The notes: generated by a model not told the origin, from the sequence alone. A DNA stretch of 64,000 bases from Peptococcaceae bacterium (GCA_012518875.1 JAAYRI010000069.1:5511-69510); one strand, 5' to 3'. Numbered from the stretch's first letter, positions 29,851 to 40,920 are shown. Numbers and translations are program-made.

Positions 29851-31098
29851 CTGTTCCCCTTTCTTGAGTTAACTCCATTAGTGCTACAAGCCTTTCTACA
29901 AACCTTTTTTGATCCGGCTTATCTTTTTTTATTCCTGGTTGTTTGTACTATAATCGCCATCCAGTATAACAGGATGGAAAAGATGCGGGAAAATTTCTTT
30001 GGGGTGAGTGCTGGGCTGGCGAAAAAAGATTTTATTGTGGCCATTGGCTATGGTTTGCTTGGTGGGTTGTTGGCCAGTTACCTGGTTATATTCATTGGCC
30101 TTACTATTTCTGGTGAACTCTACTACCTGTGGCCGGTAGCAATTCTACTGATGATGCTGAACATACGCTTTATATGTTTTGCCTACGCCGGGGGTATTCT
30201 AGCCTTATCTAACCTAATTCTGGGCGTACCCCAGATTAACGTTTCCCAAATTTTGGCCCTAGTAGCCGTATTGCATATGGTGGAAAGTTTTCTGATTTTT
30301 GTTAGCGGTCATTTGGGGGCAGTGCCCGCCTACATCAAGGGACCGGAAGGCAAAATTATTGGTGGCTTTACCTTACAGAGATTCTGGCCTATTCCTATTG
30401 TTGTCCTGGCAGTTATGGTGGGGGGTGTAGCTGAAGGTGGTATTGAGATGCCCGGCTGGTGGCCTCTGATTATGCCTGGTGTGGATGGTGATCCACAGAA
30501 TCTTACCTTTGCTATGTTGCCCCTGTTAGCAGGGCTGGGCTATGGTGATATCGCCATTGCCAGGAGTCCTGTAGAAAAAAGCAGGCTGTCCTCCCTTTTC
30601 CTGGGTTTGTATAGCCTCATTCTTCTCGCCTTAGCTGTTCTTGCCGGGTATAGTAAGGCTGTTGCCCTGTTGGCGGCAGTGTTCTCGCCACTGGGGCACG
30701 AGGCTGTAATTCATATTGGTAAATGGCTGGAACTCAAAGGGAAACCCCTTTATGTACCTGCTAGAGAGGGGATGAGGATTATGGATGTGTTGCCTGATGG
30801 CCCGTTTTGGCGGGCCGGCTTGCGCCCCGGGGATATAGTAATAGCAGTAAATGGACTCAGGTTTACCAACAAAACTGAATTTTACAATCTGCTCCAGTCC
30901 TCCTTTCTGCCCGCAAGTATAGATTATATAAACCGGCCGGACGGCACCACTAAAAACACCATTGCCAAACCACCTGAATCCGGTAGACCCTGGGGAGTGA
31001 TCCCTGCACCGGAAGGCAATGAAAGCAGATATGTTGAGCTGCAGACGGTTGGTCCGCTGGGACGGTGGGTGAAGAAATTATGGGATAAGGTGCGTTGA
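29851..31098 (+). CDS. minJ: Polytopic membrane protein with C-terminal PDZ domain, MinJ-like
   Basis: RFICFAYAGG and LQRFWPIP motifs, multiple TMs and a PDZ (RAGLRPGDIVIAVNG). Same ftsEX-ctp-minJ-uvrB neighbourhood as in B. subtilis. Start may be CTG 29851 or GTG 29881. Confidence 0.65.
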   Translation: MFPFLELTPLVLQAFLQTFFDPAYLFLFLVVCTIIAIQYNRMEKMRENFFGVSAGLAKKDFIVAIGYGLLGGLLASYLVIFIGLTISGELYYLWPVAILLMMLNIRFICFAYAGGILALSNLILGVPQINVSQILALVAVLHMVESFLIFVSGHLGAVPAYIKGPEGKIIGGFTLQRFWPIPIVVLAVMVGGVAEGGIEMPGWWPLIMPGVDGDPQNLTFAMLPLLAGLGYGDIAIARSPVEKSRLSSLFLGLYSLILLALAVLAGYSKAVALLAAVFSPLGHEAVIHIGKWLELKGKPLYVPAREGMRIMDVLPDGPFWRAGLRPGDIVIAVNGLRFTNKTEFYNLLQSSFLPASIDYINRPDGTTKNTIAKPPESGRPWGVIPAPEGNESRYVELQTVGPLGRWVKKLWDKVR

Positions 31099-31151
31099 CT
31101 ATTTTGGCTGGTGCAGATATGATGGGGCCGAAACCAATAGGGGGTAAAATT

Positions 31152-31760
31152 TTGAATAAGGTACCATATACTGAAGACAATGATTTAAGTCGGATCAAAA
31201 GCCTGGATGAATTGAAAGAAATGGCTTTGGACTGCCGCCGTTGTGATTTAAGGGCAGAATGTACCAATGTAGTGTTTGGCGAGGGAAAACCAACTGCCAG
31301 GCTGATGTTGATCGGTGAAGGGCCGGGGGCCGAAGAAGACCGGCTAGGCAGGCCCTTTGCCGGTAAAGCAGGGCAGCTTTTGGATCAGATCCTGGGGGCT
31401 GTTGACCTAGATCGGTATGAGCATACCTATATTGCTAACGTGGTAAAATGCCGGCCGCCTGGAAACAGGGTGCCACGTCCTGAAGAAGCCAGGCAGTGTC
31501 TCCCATGGTTGTACCGACAGATTGAATTGCTTTCCCCGGCAGTAATTGTATTACTGGGAAGCACTGCTCTGCAAAACCTGGTTGATCCCCGAGCCAAGAT
31601 TACCAAAATGAGGGGACAATGGCTGCATAGCAAAAGCGGTATCAAAATAATGCCTACCTATCACCCAGCCGCATTATTGCGGGATTCCAGCAAAAAACGC
31701 CCAGTCTGGGAAGATTTCCAAATGATCAGGGATGAATATTTAAAAATAAACAACCAGTAA
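31152..31760 (+). CDS. Uracil-DNA glycosylase family 4 (Fe-S)
   Basis: CRRC, GEGPG, NVVKCRPPGNR and TYHPAALLR motifs. Confidence 0.92.
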   Translation: MNKVPYTEDNDLSRIKSLDELKEMALDCRRCDLRAECTNVVFGEGKPTARLMLIGEGPGAEEDRLGRPFAGKAGQLLDQILGAVDLDRYEHTYIANVVKCRPPGNRVPRPEEARQCLPWLYRQIELLSPAVIVLLGSTALQNLVDPRAKITKMRGQWLHSKSGIKIMPTYHPAALLRDSSKKRPVWEDFQMIRDEYLKINNQ

Positions 31761-31787
31761 AAAAGTTTGCAATGATCCCAATACTAG

Positions 31788-31804
31788 TTGGCAGGTGAAT
31801 TGCA
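31788..31804 (+). promoter_or_regulatory. Candidate sigma54 (-24/-12) promoter
   Basis: TTGGCAGGTGAATTGCA has exact GG-N10-GC spacing and closely matches YTGGCACG-N4-TTGCW. Confidence 0.55.
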
Positions 31805-31898
31805 TTTTACATTCTAATGCTGGGTCTATTCCCCGGTATTAAAATATGCCCTTGTAACACAAAACGTTCTGTAGTTTCCTACTGTGTGACCATTCATT

Positions 31899-32237
31899 TT
31901 AACCTGTGCACAGGGGTTCTTTTTTTCTGTTGTCTGCACCCGGGCTAGCCTCCTTCCGGCAGCAAAATTGTGTTGGTTCCTGCCAGGCACACATACCTTC
32001 CTTTTTGGCCTGCTCCAACAAGGCCATGTAGCGCCTCTCTGTGGAATTGATCCTGTAGATTACATAACCATCCAAATCACTATCAGCATAATTAATCTCT
32101 TTTAAGGCCTGTTGCCAGTCACGCCGGGCATAATTAATTTCCTTTACCAGATCCGGTGTGGTTTGATCGTCAGTGGTTTCCTTGATTTTGAATATTTCGG
32201 CCAGTGTCAGGGATTTGATAGTGGACATGATACTCAT
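31899..32237 (-). CDS. YaaL/DUF2508 family protein
   Basis: LVKEINYARRDWQQA...D.YVIYRINSTERRYMALLEQAKKEG pattern. SD GAGGTG before ATG 32237. Confidence 0.82.
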   Translation of the reverse strand: MSIMSTIKSLTLAEIFKIKETTDDQTTPDLVKEINYARRDWQQALKEINYADSDLDGYVIYRINSTERRYMALLEQAKKEGMCAWQEPTQFCCRKEASPGADNRKKEPLCTG

Positions 32238-32384
32238 AAATATCACCTCGCCACTATTATAGATACTTCATTTGGAAAATAGAAGGGTATCTTACATAAT
32301 ATTGCAAAGGATGTCAGGTTTTTCGTTCGACTTTTTCCTCAATATTTGGCCAATCTTTCAGACATAATAAAGTAAGACTAATGA

Positions 32385-33842
32385 ATGGGGTTGAAAATTT
32401 TGAGTGAAAAAAGTAGAGTTGGCTGGGTTTATTCATTAATATTACTACTGTTAATTGTTAGTGTTTCTTTCTTATATGGCTGTGGCGGTAAAGTCCAGCC
32501 TCAGAAAAAATTAATAAACAACAGAAACCAGGGTGTTAAAATAGCGGTTAGCTTTGCTGATATGGAGAGAGACGGCAACATGGTCATAAAAAACACCATG
32601 ACAGCCAGGCAAAAAGGTAAGCAGGGGCAACAAAACGAACAGCAGGGGCAGCAACAGGAAGGCGCCCAGGAACAACAACAAAACGAACAACAAAATGAAG
32701 AGCAAGGTGAGCAGCAGGATAAACAGGGTGAACAACAAGATGAACAGCAGGAAGGACAACAAGGCGGGTCCCAGGGCGGGCAGGAAAAGGTCAGTATTAC
32801 CTGGCTGGATGCCAAAAATGATTCCAACCAGCAGGAAAAAGACATCGATCAGCTTGTAAACAAGGATGTGAAGGCAGTTGTCCTGCAGCCTGTGGATCCT
32901 AATGCAGGTGCTGATATAGTCCGTAAGCTAGCCCAAGCTAATATAAAGGTTATCGCCTTGGAAGCACTGCCGGTTGATGCCCCTATTGACGGTTATATAG
33001 CAAGCGATCACGATCGGGCCGGGGAGTTGTTAGCCCGCTTTCTACTAGGGGCAGCTAAGGAAAATGGACCTATTTTGAAAACAGTGTTACTAAAGGGCGA
33101 TAAAGATGACATGGTTTCAACAGGTATTGCCGAGTCCTTGCTGAAGAACCTGGAAGGCCAGTCGGGGGTACAGATTGTGCAGGCCAAGGATCATCCTGGG
33201 GGGGACCCGCAGATGGTGACCGCAACCTTGGAACAGGTTTTGGCCTCAACTGGTAACGGAGTGGATGCCATTGTTGCTACAGACAGCCGCATGGCTGCTG
33301 CTGCGACTGATTTGCTAAAAAAACAGGGGTTAAGTGATCGGGTGGTAACTATAGGGGTTGGTGCGGATCAAAAGGCATCCCAAGCTCTGGTGAAAGGGGA
33401 TCATGATGCTGAGGTTGATGTTATGCCTGAACTAATGGCGCAACATATTTATGATGCGGCAGTGAACCTGGCTACTACCGGACACTGGCAGAATGACAGC
33501 CGGGTTGAGAATGGGGGCTTTGACGTCCCGGCCAAGATAACACCGGTGCGTTTGATCACCAAAAATGAGTCCTATTTATTGGAACAACGCTGGGCCATGT
33601 CCCAGGAAGAGGGCCAGGATCAGCAGGGGGATCAGGGGGGGGGACAACAGCAGGATCAACAAGGCGGTGAGAATAACCAACAGGAACAGAAGAGCCAAAA
33701 AACCACCCTCAAGATTACTACTCAAGAAGGTAAGACAGTAGAGATGCAGATAGATGGTGAGATTAAGAAAATTGAAACAAGTGCCCAGGGCGAAGGGGGA
33801 GGAGGAGGGGATCAGAGCAGCAGCGGCGGAGGGGGAAGCTAA
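32385..33842 (+). CDS. Sugar-binding (RbsB-like) lipoprotein with Gln/Gly-rich low-complexity inserts
   Basis: Lipobox FLYGC and periplasmic-binding-protein type 1 features (WLDAKNDSNQQEKDIDQL..., YIASDHDRAG, AIVATDSRMA). No cognate permease or ATPase is adjacent. Confidence 0.75.
   Translation: MGLKILSEKSRVGWVYSLILLLLIVSVSFLYGCGGKVQPQKKLINNRNQGVKIAVSFADMERDGNMVIKNTMTARQKGKQGQQNEQQGQQQEGAQEQQQNEQQNEEQGEQQDKQGEQQDEQQEGQQGGSQGGQEKVSITWLDAKNDSNQQEKDIDQLVNKDVKAVVLQPVDPNAGADIVRKLAQANIKVIALEALPVDAPIDGYIASDHDRAGELLARFLLGAAKENGPILKTVLLKGDKDDMVSTGIAESLLKNLEGQSGVQIVQAKDHPGGDPQMVTATLEQVLASTGNGVDAIVATDSRMAAAATDLLKKQGLSDRVVTIGVGADQKASQALVKGDHDAEVDVMPELMAQHIYDAAVNLATTGHWQNDSRVENGGFDVPAKITPVRLITKNESYLLEQRWAMSQEEGQDQQGDQGGGQQQDQQGGENNQQEQKSQKTTLKITTQEGKTVEMQIDGEIKKIETSAQGEGGGGGDQSSSGGGGS
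32616..32790 (+). repeat. Imperfect tandem repeats encoding (Q/E)QQ(N/D/G)E units
   Basis: Recurrent CAACAAAACGAA / GAACAACAA / GAGCAGCAG units. Confidence 0.7.
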
Positions 33843-33862
33843 TTTATCTACTGTTATTTCAC

Positions 33863-33899
33863 CCGCAGGGAGGAGGCAACCAAAACACCCTGCGGTTTT
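33863..33899 (+). terminator. Putative terminator after the solute-binding protein gene
   Basis: CCGCAGGG...CCCTGCGG followed by TTTT. Confidence 0.55.
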
Positions 33900-33939
33900 C
33901 ACTATTGCTGGATATAGCTTCATCATTTAACTGATAATA

Positions 33940-33951
33940 GAACATACTTTT
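33940..33951 (+). promoter_or_regulatory. Degenerate LexA (Cheo) box upstream of uvrB
   Basis: GAACATACTTTT versus GAAC-N4-GTTC (2 mismatches), upstream of a TG-n-TATACT -10 and an SOS-type gene. Confidence 0.4.
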
Positions 33952-34007
33952 GGGGGATAACCTCTTATGGTATACTATTTATATAAAGAAACTAGAGGAT
34001 GAAATTT

Positions 34008-36044
34008 ATGCGACAATTCAAGATAGAATCCGAATATATTCCCAAAGGGGATCAGCCTGAGGCGATCACAGCCCTGGTAGAAGGATTGAAAAATGGTCTT
34101 CCCGGACAGGTTTTGCTGGGTGCAACCGGTACCGGTAAAACATTTACTATGGCCCATGTGATCCAGGCAATTCAGCGACCAACACTGGTGCTGGCACCAA
34201 ATAAAACCCTGGCAGCCCAGTTGTGCAGTGAGCTAAAAGAGTTTTTCCCTAACAATTCCGTTGAATATTTTGTTAGCTATTATGATTACTACCAGCCGGA
34301 GGCTTATATTCCACGTACCGACACATACATTGAAAAAGATTCCTCCATAAATGATGAAATTGATAAACTGCGCCACTCGGCCACCTGCGCCCTTTTCGAG
34401 CGCAGGGACGTCATCATTGTGGCCAGTGTTTCCTGCATTTACGGCCTTGGGGATCCTGAACAGTACAGGACACTGGTTCTCTCCTTGCGCCGGGGGGAAA
34501 GCTATGATCGTGATACTGTACTACGCAAGTTGGTGAGTATCCAGTATGAACGTAATGATGTTAATTTCATCCGTGGTAAATTTCGGGTGAGAGGTGATGT
34601 GCTGGAAATTTTCCCGGCTTCAGCCTCAGAAAAAGCAATCAGGGTAGACTTTTATGGCGATGAGGTTGAAAGAATGCAGGAATTTGATGTGCTTACAGGG
34701 GAAGTCCTGGGGGAGCGCAGCCATATTTCTGTTTTTCCGGCCAGTCACTATGCTACCTCCGGGGAAATAATGGAACGGGCGATAACAACCATTGAGGCTG
34801 AGCTCCAGGAACGATTGGCTGAACTCCTGAGCAAGGGGAGACTGCTGGAAGCCCAGCGCCTGGAACAAAGGACTAATTTTGACCTGGAAATGATGCGGGA
34901 AATGGGTTTTTGCAGCGGCATTGAAAATTACTCAAGACACCTGACCGGCAGAGAGCCTGGACAGCCCCCCTTTACCCTACTGGATTATTTCCCAAAAGAT
35001 TTTGTCATGTTTATTGATGAGTCTCATGTGGCCGTGCCCCAGGTAGGCGCTATGTATGCAGGTGACCGTTCCCGCAAGGAGACACTGGTGGAGCATGGTT
35101 TCAGGCTGCCGTCGGCATTTGATAACCGGCCGCTGACTTTCGGGGAGTTTAGCCGGCGCCTGAACCAGGTAATTTATTCGTCGGCAACGCCCGGGCCCTA
35201 TGAATTAGAGAACTGCACCCGGGTGGTAGAGCAAATTATCCGGCCTACAGGGCTGGTTGATCCGGAAATTTTTGTACGTCCTTCCCAGGGTCAAATTGAC
35301 GACCTATTGAGTGAAATACGCCTGCGGGTGGGACGTAAAGAAAGGGTCCTGGTGACCACACTAACCAAAAAAATGGCCGAGGATCTTACAGATTACTTGC
35401 GTGAAGTAGGCATCAAGGTACGCTACCTGCATTCTGATATTAAAACCATCGAAAGAATGGAAATTTTACGGGATCTGAGACTGGGAGTGTTTGACGTGCT
35501 GGTGGGTATCAACCTGCTGCGGGAGGGCTTGGATCTGCCTGAGGTAAGCCTGGTGGCAATTCTGGATGCGGATAAAGAGGGCTACCTCCGCTCGGAACGT
35601 TCATTAATTCAAACCATTGGCCGGGCAGCCCGCAACGTTGAGGGTAAGGTAATTATGTATGCGGACAGAATAACAGGCTCCATGGATAGGGCTATATCAG
35701 AGACGAACCGTAGGCGGGAGGTGCAGCTGGCTTACAATAGCCGGCATGGTATCACACCGGAAACTGTCCGCAAGTCTGTGCGTGACGTAATCGAGGCCAC
35801 CCGGGTGGCAGAGCCTGGTGCCGTGTATAAGGCAGCACCCCGCAGCGGCAAAAAAATGACCAAGTCTCAGCTGAAAAAGACTATTGCTGTTCTAGAAAAG
35901 GAAATGCGCGAGTCTGCCCACCAGTTGGCTTTTGAACGGGCCGCCCAGATCAGGGACATAATCATTGAATTGCGCCTGCAGTTGCGGGGGGAAAAGGGTA
36001 TCGGCCCTGCCGTACCCGATGCTGTGTCGGGGGGGCAGATCTAG
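34008..36044 (+). CDS. uvrB: Excinuclease ABC subunit B
   Basis: [22 protein letters not shown] and [10 protein letters not shown] motifs. Confidence 0.97.
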   Translation: MRQFKIESEYIPKGDQPEAITALVEGLKNGLPGQVLLGATGTGKTFTMAHVIQAIQRPTLVLAPNKTLAAQLCSELKEFFPNNSVEYFVSYYDYYQPEAYIPRTDTYIEKDSSINDEIDKLRHSATCALFERRDVIIVASVSCIYGLGDPEQYRTLVLSLRRGESYDRDTVLRKLVSIQYERNDVNFIRGKFRVRGDVLEIFPASASEKAIRVDFYGDEVERMQEFDVLTGEVLGERSHISVFPASHYATSGEIMERAITTIEAELQERLAELLSKGRLLEAQRLEQRTNFDLEMMREMGFCSGIENYSRHLTGREPGQPPFTLLDYFPKDFVMFIDESHVAVPQVGAMYAGDRSRKETLVEHGFRLPSAFDNRPLTFGEFSRRLNQVIYSSATPGPYELENCTRVVEQIIRPTGLVDPEIFVRPSQGQIDDLLSEIRLRVGRKERVLVTTLTKKMAEDLTDYLREVGIKVRYLHSDIKTIERMEILRDLRLGVFDVLVGINLLREGLDLPEVSLVAILDADKEGYLRSERSLIQTIGRAARNVEGKVIMYADRITGSMDRAISETNRRREVQLAYNSRHGITPETVRKSVRDVIEATRVAEPGAVYKAAPRSGKKMTKSQLKKTIAVLEKEMRESAHQLAFERAAQIRDIIIELRLQLRGEKGIGPAVPDAVSGGQI

Positions 36045-36217
36045 CCCAACTACCGGGATAAATTACAAGATTATCTCGGGACGACTGCAGACATATCATG
36101 TGTGCTAGAATATAAAGCAACAAGGCTATCATAGCAAGATGATGGGATTTAGATATAAAAATCTTTACTGTGTCAAGGGCGTTTATCCCTTGACATAGTT
36201 CACTAAGGGAGCAGCTT

Positions 36218-39028
36218 ATGATTGATAGAATTCTGGTTAAGGGTGCCCGTGCCCATAACCTAAAAAATATAGATGTGGAGATTCCCCGGGGCAAATTTGT
36301 GGTGGTTACGGGACTATCCGGTTCAGGAAAATCCTCTTTAGCTTTTGATACCATTTATGCTGAGGGCCAGCGCCGGTATGTGGAATCACTTTCTGCATAT
36401 GCCCGCCAGTTCCTAGGGCAGATGGACAAGCCGGATGTGGATTATATTGAAGGCCTTTCCCCGGCCATTTCTATAGATCAGAAGGCAACCAGCCATAACC
36501 CCCGCTCAACGGTAGGGACAGTAACTGAAATATACGACTACTTGCGTTTGCTATTCGCCAGGGCAGGAAGACCCCACTGTCCCCGCTGCGGTAGGCCCAT
36601 CACCAGCCAGGCTGTGGAGCAAATGGTGGATCAGCTGATGGCCCTTCCCGAAGGGACAAGAATGCAAATTCTTGCACCCGTTGTGCGAGGCAAAAAAGGT
36701 GAGCATGTTAGAATTATTGAGGATATCCGTCGCAGTGGTTTTATTAGATTCAGGGTAGACGGTACGGTGCTGGACGCGTCCGAAGATATCAAGCTGGATA
36801 AAAACAAAAAACACACCATCGAAATAGTGGTAGACCGTGTAATTATACGCCCGGGGACCGAGAGAAGACTGGCTGATTCCCTGGAAACAGCATTAAAACA
36901 GGGCGAGGGCCTGGTAACGGCAGCTATAGCAGATGGCGAAGAGATTGTCTTCAGCGAGAATTTTGCTTGCGTAGATTGCGGGATCAGTATTGCTGAGATC
37001 TCCCCACGCCTTTTTTCATTTAATACCCCTTATGGGGCCTGCCCTGAATGTACGGGGCTGGGGTTCAAAAGAGAAATCGATCCTGATTTGGTAATCCCAG
37101 ACAGAAACAGATCAATAGCCCAGGGTGCTATTGAAGGGTGGTTCAAGGGGGGATATTACTATCAATTTCTGGAGGGGCTGGCCGGGCATTACGGCTTCAG
37201 CATGGATACACCATTTAACAATCTCAGCCCGGAGCACCAGGATGTGATCCTGTATGGAACCCGTGGGCGACGTTTTGATTTTGTCCTGAAAAATGATTAT
37301 TATGGGCGCAGGCATGAGATGCATGCACCCTTTGAAGGGGTAATCAATAATCTGGCCAGGCGTTACCGGGAGACAAGCTCTGAACGCCAGCGTGGTGAAA
37401 TTGAGCAGTATATGAGCAGCCGGATATGTCCCTCCTGCCGGGGGGCCAGGCTCAAACCTGAGGCTCTGGCGGTAAAGGTGGGAGGCTTGTCTATATCGGA
37501 GATTAGCAACTTTTCTGTGCTGGAAGCAAGGGAATTCTTTAATACCCTCGGGTTGACGGGCCGCGAGCAGATTATAGCCAGGCAGATTTTAAAGGAAATT
37601 AATGAACGTCTGGGCTTTCTGGTCAATGTTGGTTTAGATTATCTTACTCTGGACAGAAGTGCGGGTACCCTGGCAGGTGGTGAGGCCCAGCGAATTAGGC
37701 TGGCTACCCAGATCGGATCAGGCCTGATGGGTGTATTATATGTGCTGGATGAGCCTAGTATCGGTTTGCATCAGCGTGACAATCAACGCCTGCTCAAAAC
37801 CCTGGAGCGCCTGCGTGATCTGGGGAATACATTAATCGTGGTTGAACATGATCAGGATACCATGCTGGCTGCCGATCACATAATCGATATCGGTCCCGGT
37901 GCGGGAGAGCATGGTGGCCGGGTGGTAGCCACAGGTCCCTATGATCGTATTGCCCAAAATCCGGATTCGATTACAGGAAAATATCTAAGTGGCAAATTGT
38001 CCATAGCTGTGCCGGAGTACCGCCGTCCATTAAATAACAGGGCTGTGGAAATTTTGGGTGCGGCGGAAAATAATTTGAAGAATATTGATGTAAAATTCCC
38101 CCTGGGTGTATTTATCTGTGTCACCGGGGTGTCTGGTTCAGGTAAAAGCACCCTGGTAAATGATATTCTATACCGCAAGCTGGCCCAGGAACTGCACCGG
38201 GCGAAAAACCGCCCGGGAGAAAACAAGGGTGTGCGTGGTCTTGAGCATCTGGATAAGGTGATTAGTGTTGATCAATCCCCTATCGGCCGCACACCGCGTT
38301 CCAATCCGGCTACCTACACGGGGGTGTTTAATGATATCCGGGACTTGTATGCGCAAACGCCGGAATCCAGGATGCGAGGTTATAAACCCGGGCGTTTTAG
38401 CTTCAACGTCAAAGGGGGGCGCTGCGAATCATGCCGCGGGGACGGCATTATTAAAATAGAAATGCACTTTCTGCCGGACGTCTACGTTCCTTGTGAGGTG
38501 TGCAAGGGTTTGCGCTACAATAGGGAGACACTGCAGATCAAATACAAGGGAAAAAACATCGCCGACGTATTGGGAATGACTGTGGATCAAGCGGCAGATT
38601 TTTTTCATCCAATACCCAAGATCCACCGCAAGCTAAAGACGTTGCAAGATGTAGGCCTGGGATATATCCGTCTGGGACAACCGGCTCCAACCTTATCCGG
38701 TGGCGAAGCCCAGCGGGTAAAACTGTCTACCGAGTTATCCAGAAGATCCAACGGTAAGACGTTTTATATTCTTGATGAACCAACTACCGGACTGCACATG
38801 GCCGATATTGACCGGCTTCTAAAGGTTTTGCACCGATTAGTTGAGGCAGGTGACACTGTGTTAGTAATTGAACATAACCTTGATGTAATCAAAACCGCCG
38901 ACTATATTATTGACCTGGGCCCAGAGGGAGGAAATAATGGCGGGCAGGTGCTGGCCACAGGTACCCCGGAGGAAATAGCCGTGGTGCCGAGCTCCTATAC
39001 CGGCATGTTTCTACAAAAGGTACTATAA
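36218..39028 (+). CDS. uvrA: Excinuclease ABC subunit A
   Basis: Two ABC ATPase modules ([16 protein letters not shown]) with zinc-finger CxxC motifs. Confidence 0.97.
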   Translation: MIDRILVKGARAHNLKNIDVEIPRGKFVVVTGLSGSGKSSLAFDTIYAEGQRRYVESLSAYARQFLGQMDKPDVDYIEGLSPAISIDQKATSHNPRSTVGTVTEIYDYLRLLFARAGRPHCPRCGRPITSQAVEQMVDQLMALPEGTRMQILAPVVRGKKGEHVRIIEDIRRSGFIRFRVDGTVLDASEDIKLDKNKKHTIEIVVDRVIIRPGTERRLADSLETALKQGEGLVTAAIADGEEIVFSENFACVDCGISIAEISPRLFSFNTPYGACPECTGLGFKREIDPDLVIPDRNRSIAQGAIEGWFKGGYYYQFLEGLAGHYGFSMDTPFNNLSPEHQDVILYGTRGRRFDFVLKNDYYGRRHEMHAPFEGVINNLARRYRETSSERQRGEIEQYMSSRICPSCRGARLKPEALAVKVGGLSISEISNFSVLEAREFFNTLGLTGREQIIARQILKEINERLGFLVNVGLDYLTLDRSAGTLAGGEAQRIRLATQIGSGLMGVLYVLDEPSIGLHQRDNQRLLKTLERLRDLGNTLIVVEHDQDTMLAADHIIDIGPGAGEHGGRVVATGPYDRIAQNPDSITGKYLSGKLSIAVPEYRRPLNNRAVEILGAAENNLKNIDVKFPLGVFICVTGVSGSGKSTLVNDILYRKLAQELHRAKNRPGENKGVRGLEHLDKVISVDQSPIGRTPRSNPATYTGVFNDIRDLYAQTPESRMRGYKPGRFSFNVKGGRCESCRGDGIIKIEMHFLPDVYVPCEVCKGLRYNRETLQIKYKGKNIADVLGMTVDQAADFFHPIPKIHRKLKTLQDVGLGYIRLGQPAPTLSGGEAQRVKLSTELSRRSNGKTFYILDEPTTGLHMADIDRLLKVLHRLVEAGDTVLVIEHNLDVIKTADYIIDLGPEGGNNGGQVLATGTPEEIAVVPSSYTGMFLQKVL

Positions 39029-39060
39029 AATATTTTTAAATCTTGAAAGTGGTGCTTTCA

Positions 39061-40920
39061 TTGCAGCTGGAAGAAAAGTTAAAGCTCCTGCCGACCAGGC
39101 CGGGGGTTTACCTTTATCGGGATAAAGAGGGTAAGGTAATCTATGTTGGTAAAGCTCTTTCACTTAAGAACAGGGTCCGCTCTTATTTTCAGCCTGGTGC
39201 CCAGCAACCGGCGAAAACGAAGGTGATGCTGGGGAAGGTGGCCGACCTTGATACTATTGTGACTGATTCGGAGGTTGAGGCGCTAATCCTGGAGCAGAAC
39301 CTTATCAAGGAATATCGGCCTCGTTACAATGTTATGTACAAGGATGATAAGAGCTATCCTTACCTTAAGGTAACATTGGCTGATGACTTCCCACGGGTGA
39401 TGATTACACGCCGCCGGGTTAAGGATGGATCCAGGTATTTTGGCCCCTACACCAGGGTAGGGGCCATAAATGAAACCCTGCGACTTTTAAAAAAAATTTT
39501 TGCTTTTCGCTCCTGTAAGCAAAAAACACTGCCTGCTAGGGAAAGGCCGTGCCTGAACTACCACATCAAACGCTGCCTTGGTCCCTGTGTTGGTCAGGTT
39601 GATCAGGACAAGTACCGTGAAATGATTAACGAAATGTGCCTCTTTCTAGAAGGAAGACAGGATGATCTAATCAAGCGATTGGCTGCACGGATGGAAAAGG
39701 CTGCGGCTGACCTGGACTTTGAACTTGCAGCACGCCTGCGAGATCAGTTGCGGGCTTTGCGAGATGTGATTGAGAGACAAAAAATTATTACCAGTGGTTT
39801 TGAGGATCAGGACATGATAGCTGCTGCTGGTGCCGGCGATGAGGATGAAGCCTGTGTAATGATATTTTTTGTAAGAGGCGGCAAGCTTATTGGTAGGGAG
39901 CATTTTATGCTGCAGGGGGTGGAAAGCCTGTGCCATGAGGAAATAATCACCTTATTTCTCAAACAATATTACACAGATGTGGATTTTGTACCCAAAGAGG
40001 TGCTTCTGGCTGCTGGGGTAAAAGAGGAACAGGCTGTAATTGAAAAGTGGCTAACAGGGAAAAAGGGTTCCAAAGTGGTTTTGAAGGTGCCCCAACGTGG
40101 TGATAAGAAAAAGCTGGTTGACATGGTTATGGACAATGCCCGGCTAACCCTGGAACAGCATCTTACGAAAAAGTCATTGCGCCGGGAGGACACTGCTGAG
40201 GCCCTCGCCGGGCTGGCCCAGGAATTGGGTTTAGCGGATCCACCCCGCCGCATGGAGTGCTATGATATATCCAACACCCAGGGGACCAATAGCGTTGCCT
40301 CGATGGTGGTCTTTATCGATGGCAAGCCTGCAAATCAACAATACCGCCGTTTTAGGATCCGCACTGTTAATGGGCCTGATGACTTTGCTTCCATTCAGGA
40401 AGTTCTGGGCAGGCGTTTTAAAAGGGCAGCAGAGGAGCAGAAGTTACTGGATGCCGGTTTAATTTCCAGCCGGGAGGCCAAGTTTTTTACACTGCCCGAC
40501 CTGGTAATAGTAGACGGGGGTAAGGGTCAGTTATCTGCGGCCCGACATGTGATGCGGGAATTGGGGTTTTCCCATATACCAGCTTTCGGTATAGCTGAAA
40601 GGGAAGAACACATATTTGCTGAGGGCTGCACTAATCCGATTGAGATTAATAAGAATTCCCCTGCCCTACGTTTGCTGCAGCGCTTGCGGGATGAAGCTCA
40701 CCGTTTTGCCTTATCCTACCACCGCAATGTCAGGGGCAAGGCAGGTATGAAGTCTTTGTTGGATGAGGTGGAGGGCATTGGTCAGGTACGGCGCCGGGCC
40801 CTACTAAAGGCCTTTGGTTCCCTGAGGGAAATCGAAAAAGCCACCCCGGAACAGCTATCTGCGGTGAAAGGGATGACCAAAAAATCTGCTCAAGCTGTGT
40901 ATGAATTCTTTCATAGATAA
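39061..40920 (+). CDS. uvrC: Excinuclease ABC subunit C
   Basis: GIY-YIG (GVY..IYVGKA), ECYDISN, DGGKGQ and C-terminal HhH. Start is 39043 or 39061. Confidence 0.96.
   Translation: MQLEEKLKLLPTRPGVYLYRDKEGKVIYVGKALSLKNRVRSYFQPGAQQPAKTKVMLGKVADLDTIVTDSEVEALILEQNLIKEYRPRYNVMYKDDKSYPYLKVTLADDFPRVMITRRRVKDGSRYFGPYTRVGAINETLRLLKKIFAFRSCKQKTLPARERPCLNYHIKRCLGPCVGQVDQDKYREMINEMCLFLEGRQDDLIKRLAARMEKAAADLDFELAARLRDQLRALRDVIERQKIITSGFEDQDMIAAAGAGDEDEACVMIFFVRGGKLIGREHFMLQGVESLCHEEIITLFLKQYYTDVDFVPKEVLLAAGVKEEQAVIEKWLTGKKGSKVVLKVPQRGDKKKLVDMVMDNARLTLEQHLTKKSLRREDTAEALAGLAQELGLADPPRRMECYDISNTQGTNSVASMVVFIDGKPANQQYRRFRIRTVNGPDDFASIQEVLGRRFKRAAEEQKLLDAGLISSREAKFFTLPDLVIVDGGKGQLSAARHVMRELGFSHIPAFGIAEREEHIFAEGCTNPIEINKNSPALRLLQRLRDEAHRFALSYHRNVRGKAGMKSLLDEVEGIGQVRRRALLKAFGSLREIEKATPEQLSAVKGMTKKSAQAVYEFFHR

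Noticed and set aside
32501-32845. Cys-rich 114-aa ORF on the minus strand
   Set aside because: It is the antisense shadow of CAA/CAG Gln repeats in the lipoprotein gene.
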